A model generated the notes under the pieces. The model did not search any database. It was not told the origin of the DNA and worked only from the letters and a program-made list of their open reading frames with translations. A DNA stretch of 63,553 bases, counting the filler, from Octopus bimaculoides (Eukaryota): assembly GCF_001194135.2 (NCBI RefSeq). It is 6 parts of 6 records of this genome, joined end to end, with 100 filler letters (N's around TTAATTAATTAA, not from the genome) between each part and the next. Parts side by side here need not be neighbours in the genome. Positions count along the whole stretch, not along the records: positions 60,999 to 63,553 come from NW_026395530.1; 5 more parts are not named here. One strand, given 5' to 3'. Position 1 is the stretch's first letter. Each line of letters begins with the position of its first letter. The translations under genes and the position numbers were made by a program. Of the stretch, positions 61,901-63,553 are shown in pieces.

Positions 61901-63553
61901 CATCTATTATGACTTTTGTTGTTCTGTTTGATATATACATAGATTATGCCTCCAAAGAAGANNNNNNNNNNTATATACATAGATTATGCCTCCAAAGAAG
62001 AGAGTTTGCTGAGGAAAGAAACCAATCGGTTTAAAATGACAGCAACAGACTGCAGTAATGCACCACATTCCAGTAGNNNNNNNNNNNNNNNNNNNNNNNN
62101 NNNNNNNNNNNNNNNNNNNNNNNNNNNNNNNNNNNNNNNNNNNNNNNNNNNNNNNNNNNNNNNNNNNNNNNNNNNNNNNNNNNNNNNNNNNNNNNNNNNN
62201 NNNNNNNNNNNNNNNNNNNNNNNNNNNNNNNNNNNNNNNNNNNNNNNNNNNNNNNNNNNNNNNNNNNNNNNNNNNNNNNNNNNNNNNNNNNNNNNNNNNN
62301 NNNNNNNNNNNNNNNNNNNNNNNNNNNNNNNNNNNNNNNNNNNNNNNNNNNNNNNNNNNNNNNNNNNNNNNNNNNNNNNNNNNNNNNNNNNNNNNNNNNN
62401 NNNNNNNNNNNNNNNNNNNNNNNNNNNNNNNNNNNNNNNNNNNNNNNNNNNNNNNNNNNNNNNNNNNNNNNNNNNNNNNNNNNNNNNNNNNNNNNNNNNN
62501 NNNNNNNNNNNNNNNNNNNNNNNNNNNNNNNNNNNNNNNNNNNNNNNNNNNNNNNNNNNNNNNNNNNNNNNNNNNNNNNNNNNNNNNNNNNNNNNNNTGA
62601 GATGAAAGTCATTGGTTTGGGACCAGACATACATATACATACATGCATATATATGTGTATATCTTAATATATAAATCTGAAGTTGTGTGTTTGTGTGAAG
62701 CTTTTTTNNNNNNNNNNNNNNNNNNNNNNNNNNNNNNNNNNNNNNNNNNNNNNNNNNNNNNNNNNNNNNNNNNNNNNNNNNNNNNNNNNNNNNNNNNNNN
62801 NNNNNNNNNNNNNNNNNNNNNNNNNNNNNNNNNNNNNNNNNNNNNNNNNNNNNNNNNNTTTAAGGGAGATTTGGCTGTTGTTTCTAGCAACTTTTATATT
62901 TCATCGCTTCTACCTGGAACGTCATTCTTACACACGCTCTCAACATAAAAATATAGAGAGTAAGAGTAAAAGNNNNNNNNNNNNNNNNNNNNAAGTGATA
63001 CATACAACGTCATAGATCAAACTTTCATCTCAGTATTCTTTAGCTATTTTTCTTAACATAGATACGTAAAAACACACACAACCACACATACATGACCTGT
63101 GANNNNNNNNNNNNNNNNNNNNNNNNNNNNNNNNNNNNNNNNNNNNNNNNNNNNNNNNNNNNNNNNNNNNNNNNNNNNNNNNNNNNNNNNNNNNNNNNNN
63201 NNNNNNNNNNNNNNNNNNNNNNNNNNNNNNNNNNNNNNNNNNNNNNNNNNNNNNNNNNNNNNNNNNNNNNNNNNNNNNNNNNNNNNNNNNNNNNNNNNNN
63301 NNNNNNNNNNNNNNNNNNNNNNNNNNNNNNTGAAAGTGTTTTGGGAGGGGTGGAGAACAATTTTCGCAAATTCCACTTAAATTCCCCTTAACTTCCAGGA
63401 AAATGAATATTTTTTTGTGAAATTTTCTACAATATACCTTGAGGTATGTACATTTCGATCATGTAGGAATTTTGAAGGAAACAGCTGCAGGTTATTTTTG
63501 AGGAGTGTTCCCCACTCGGTGGTATTTCGGAGCAAGTCGTCCATATTTGTTTC

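Overview
AT-rich, microsatellite-dense eukaryotic DNA, most likely an octopus (inferred from the tRNA-derived SINEs and dense (AC)n/(AT)n/(ATAG)n/(AAT)n repeats). Only one host protein-coding exon can be supported: a 90-nt, phase 0/0 minus-strand exon (26865-26954) encoding [30 protein letters not shown], the start of PAS-A of a trachealess/NPAS1/3 bHLH-PAS factor. The rest is intron-like or intergenic DNA. It holds at least four SINE families, RTE-type tails, Tc1/mariner relics, R4/Dong endonuclease relics, a Penelope GIY-YIG relic and Helitron pieces. Nearly all ORFs in the supplied track are microsatellite or N-gap artefacts. The most notable hidden signal is a set of minimal type-I hammerhead-ribozyme folds from about four sequence families (3651, 5011, 18421/18538, 29688, 44073, 56268). 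Most sit in short Penelope-like elements that end at (TA)n. The best copy (44073-44118) lies just downstream of a tRNA-type Pol III promoter. Other signals are long inverted repeats (possible dsRNA/ADAR substrates), a CpG-depleted domain at about 5.3-27 kb with CpG-retaining islands, and five artificial 100-bp N-TTAATTAATTAA-N joins across which contiguity is uncertain. All folds, alignments and counts were done by eye, and repeat boundaries are approximate.
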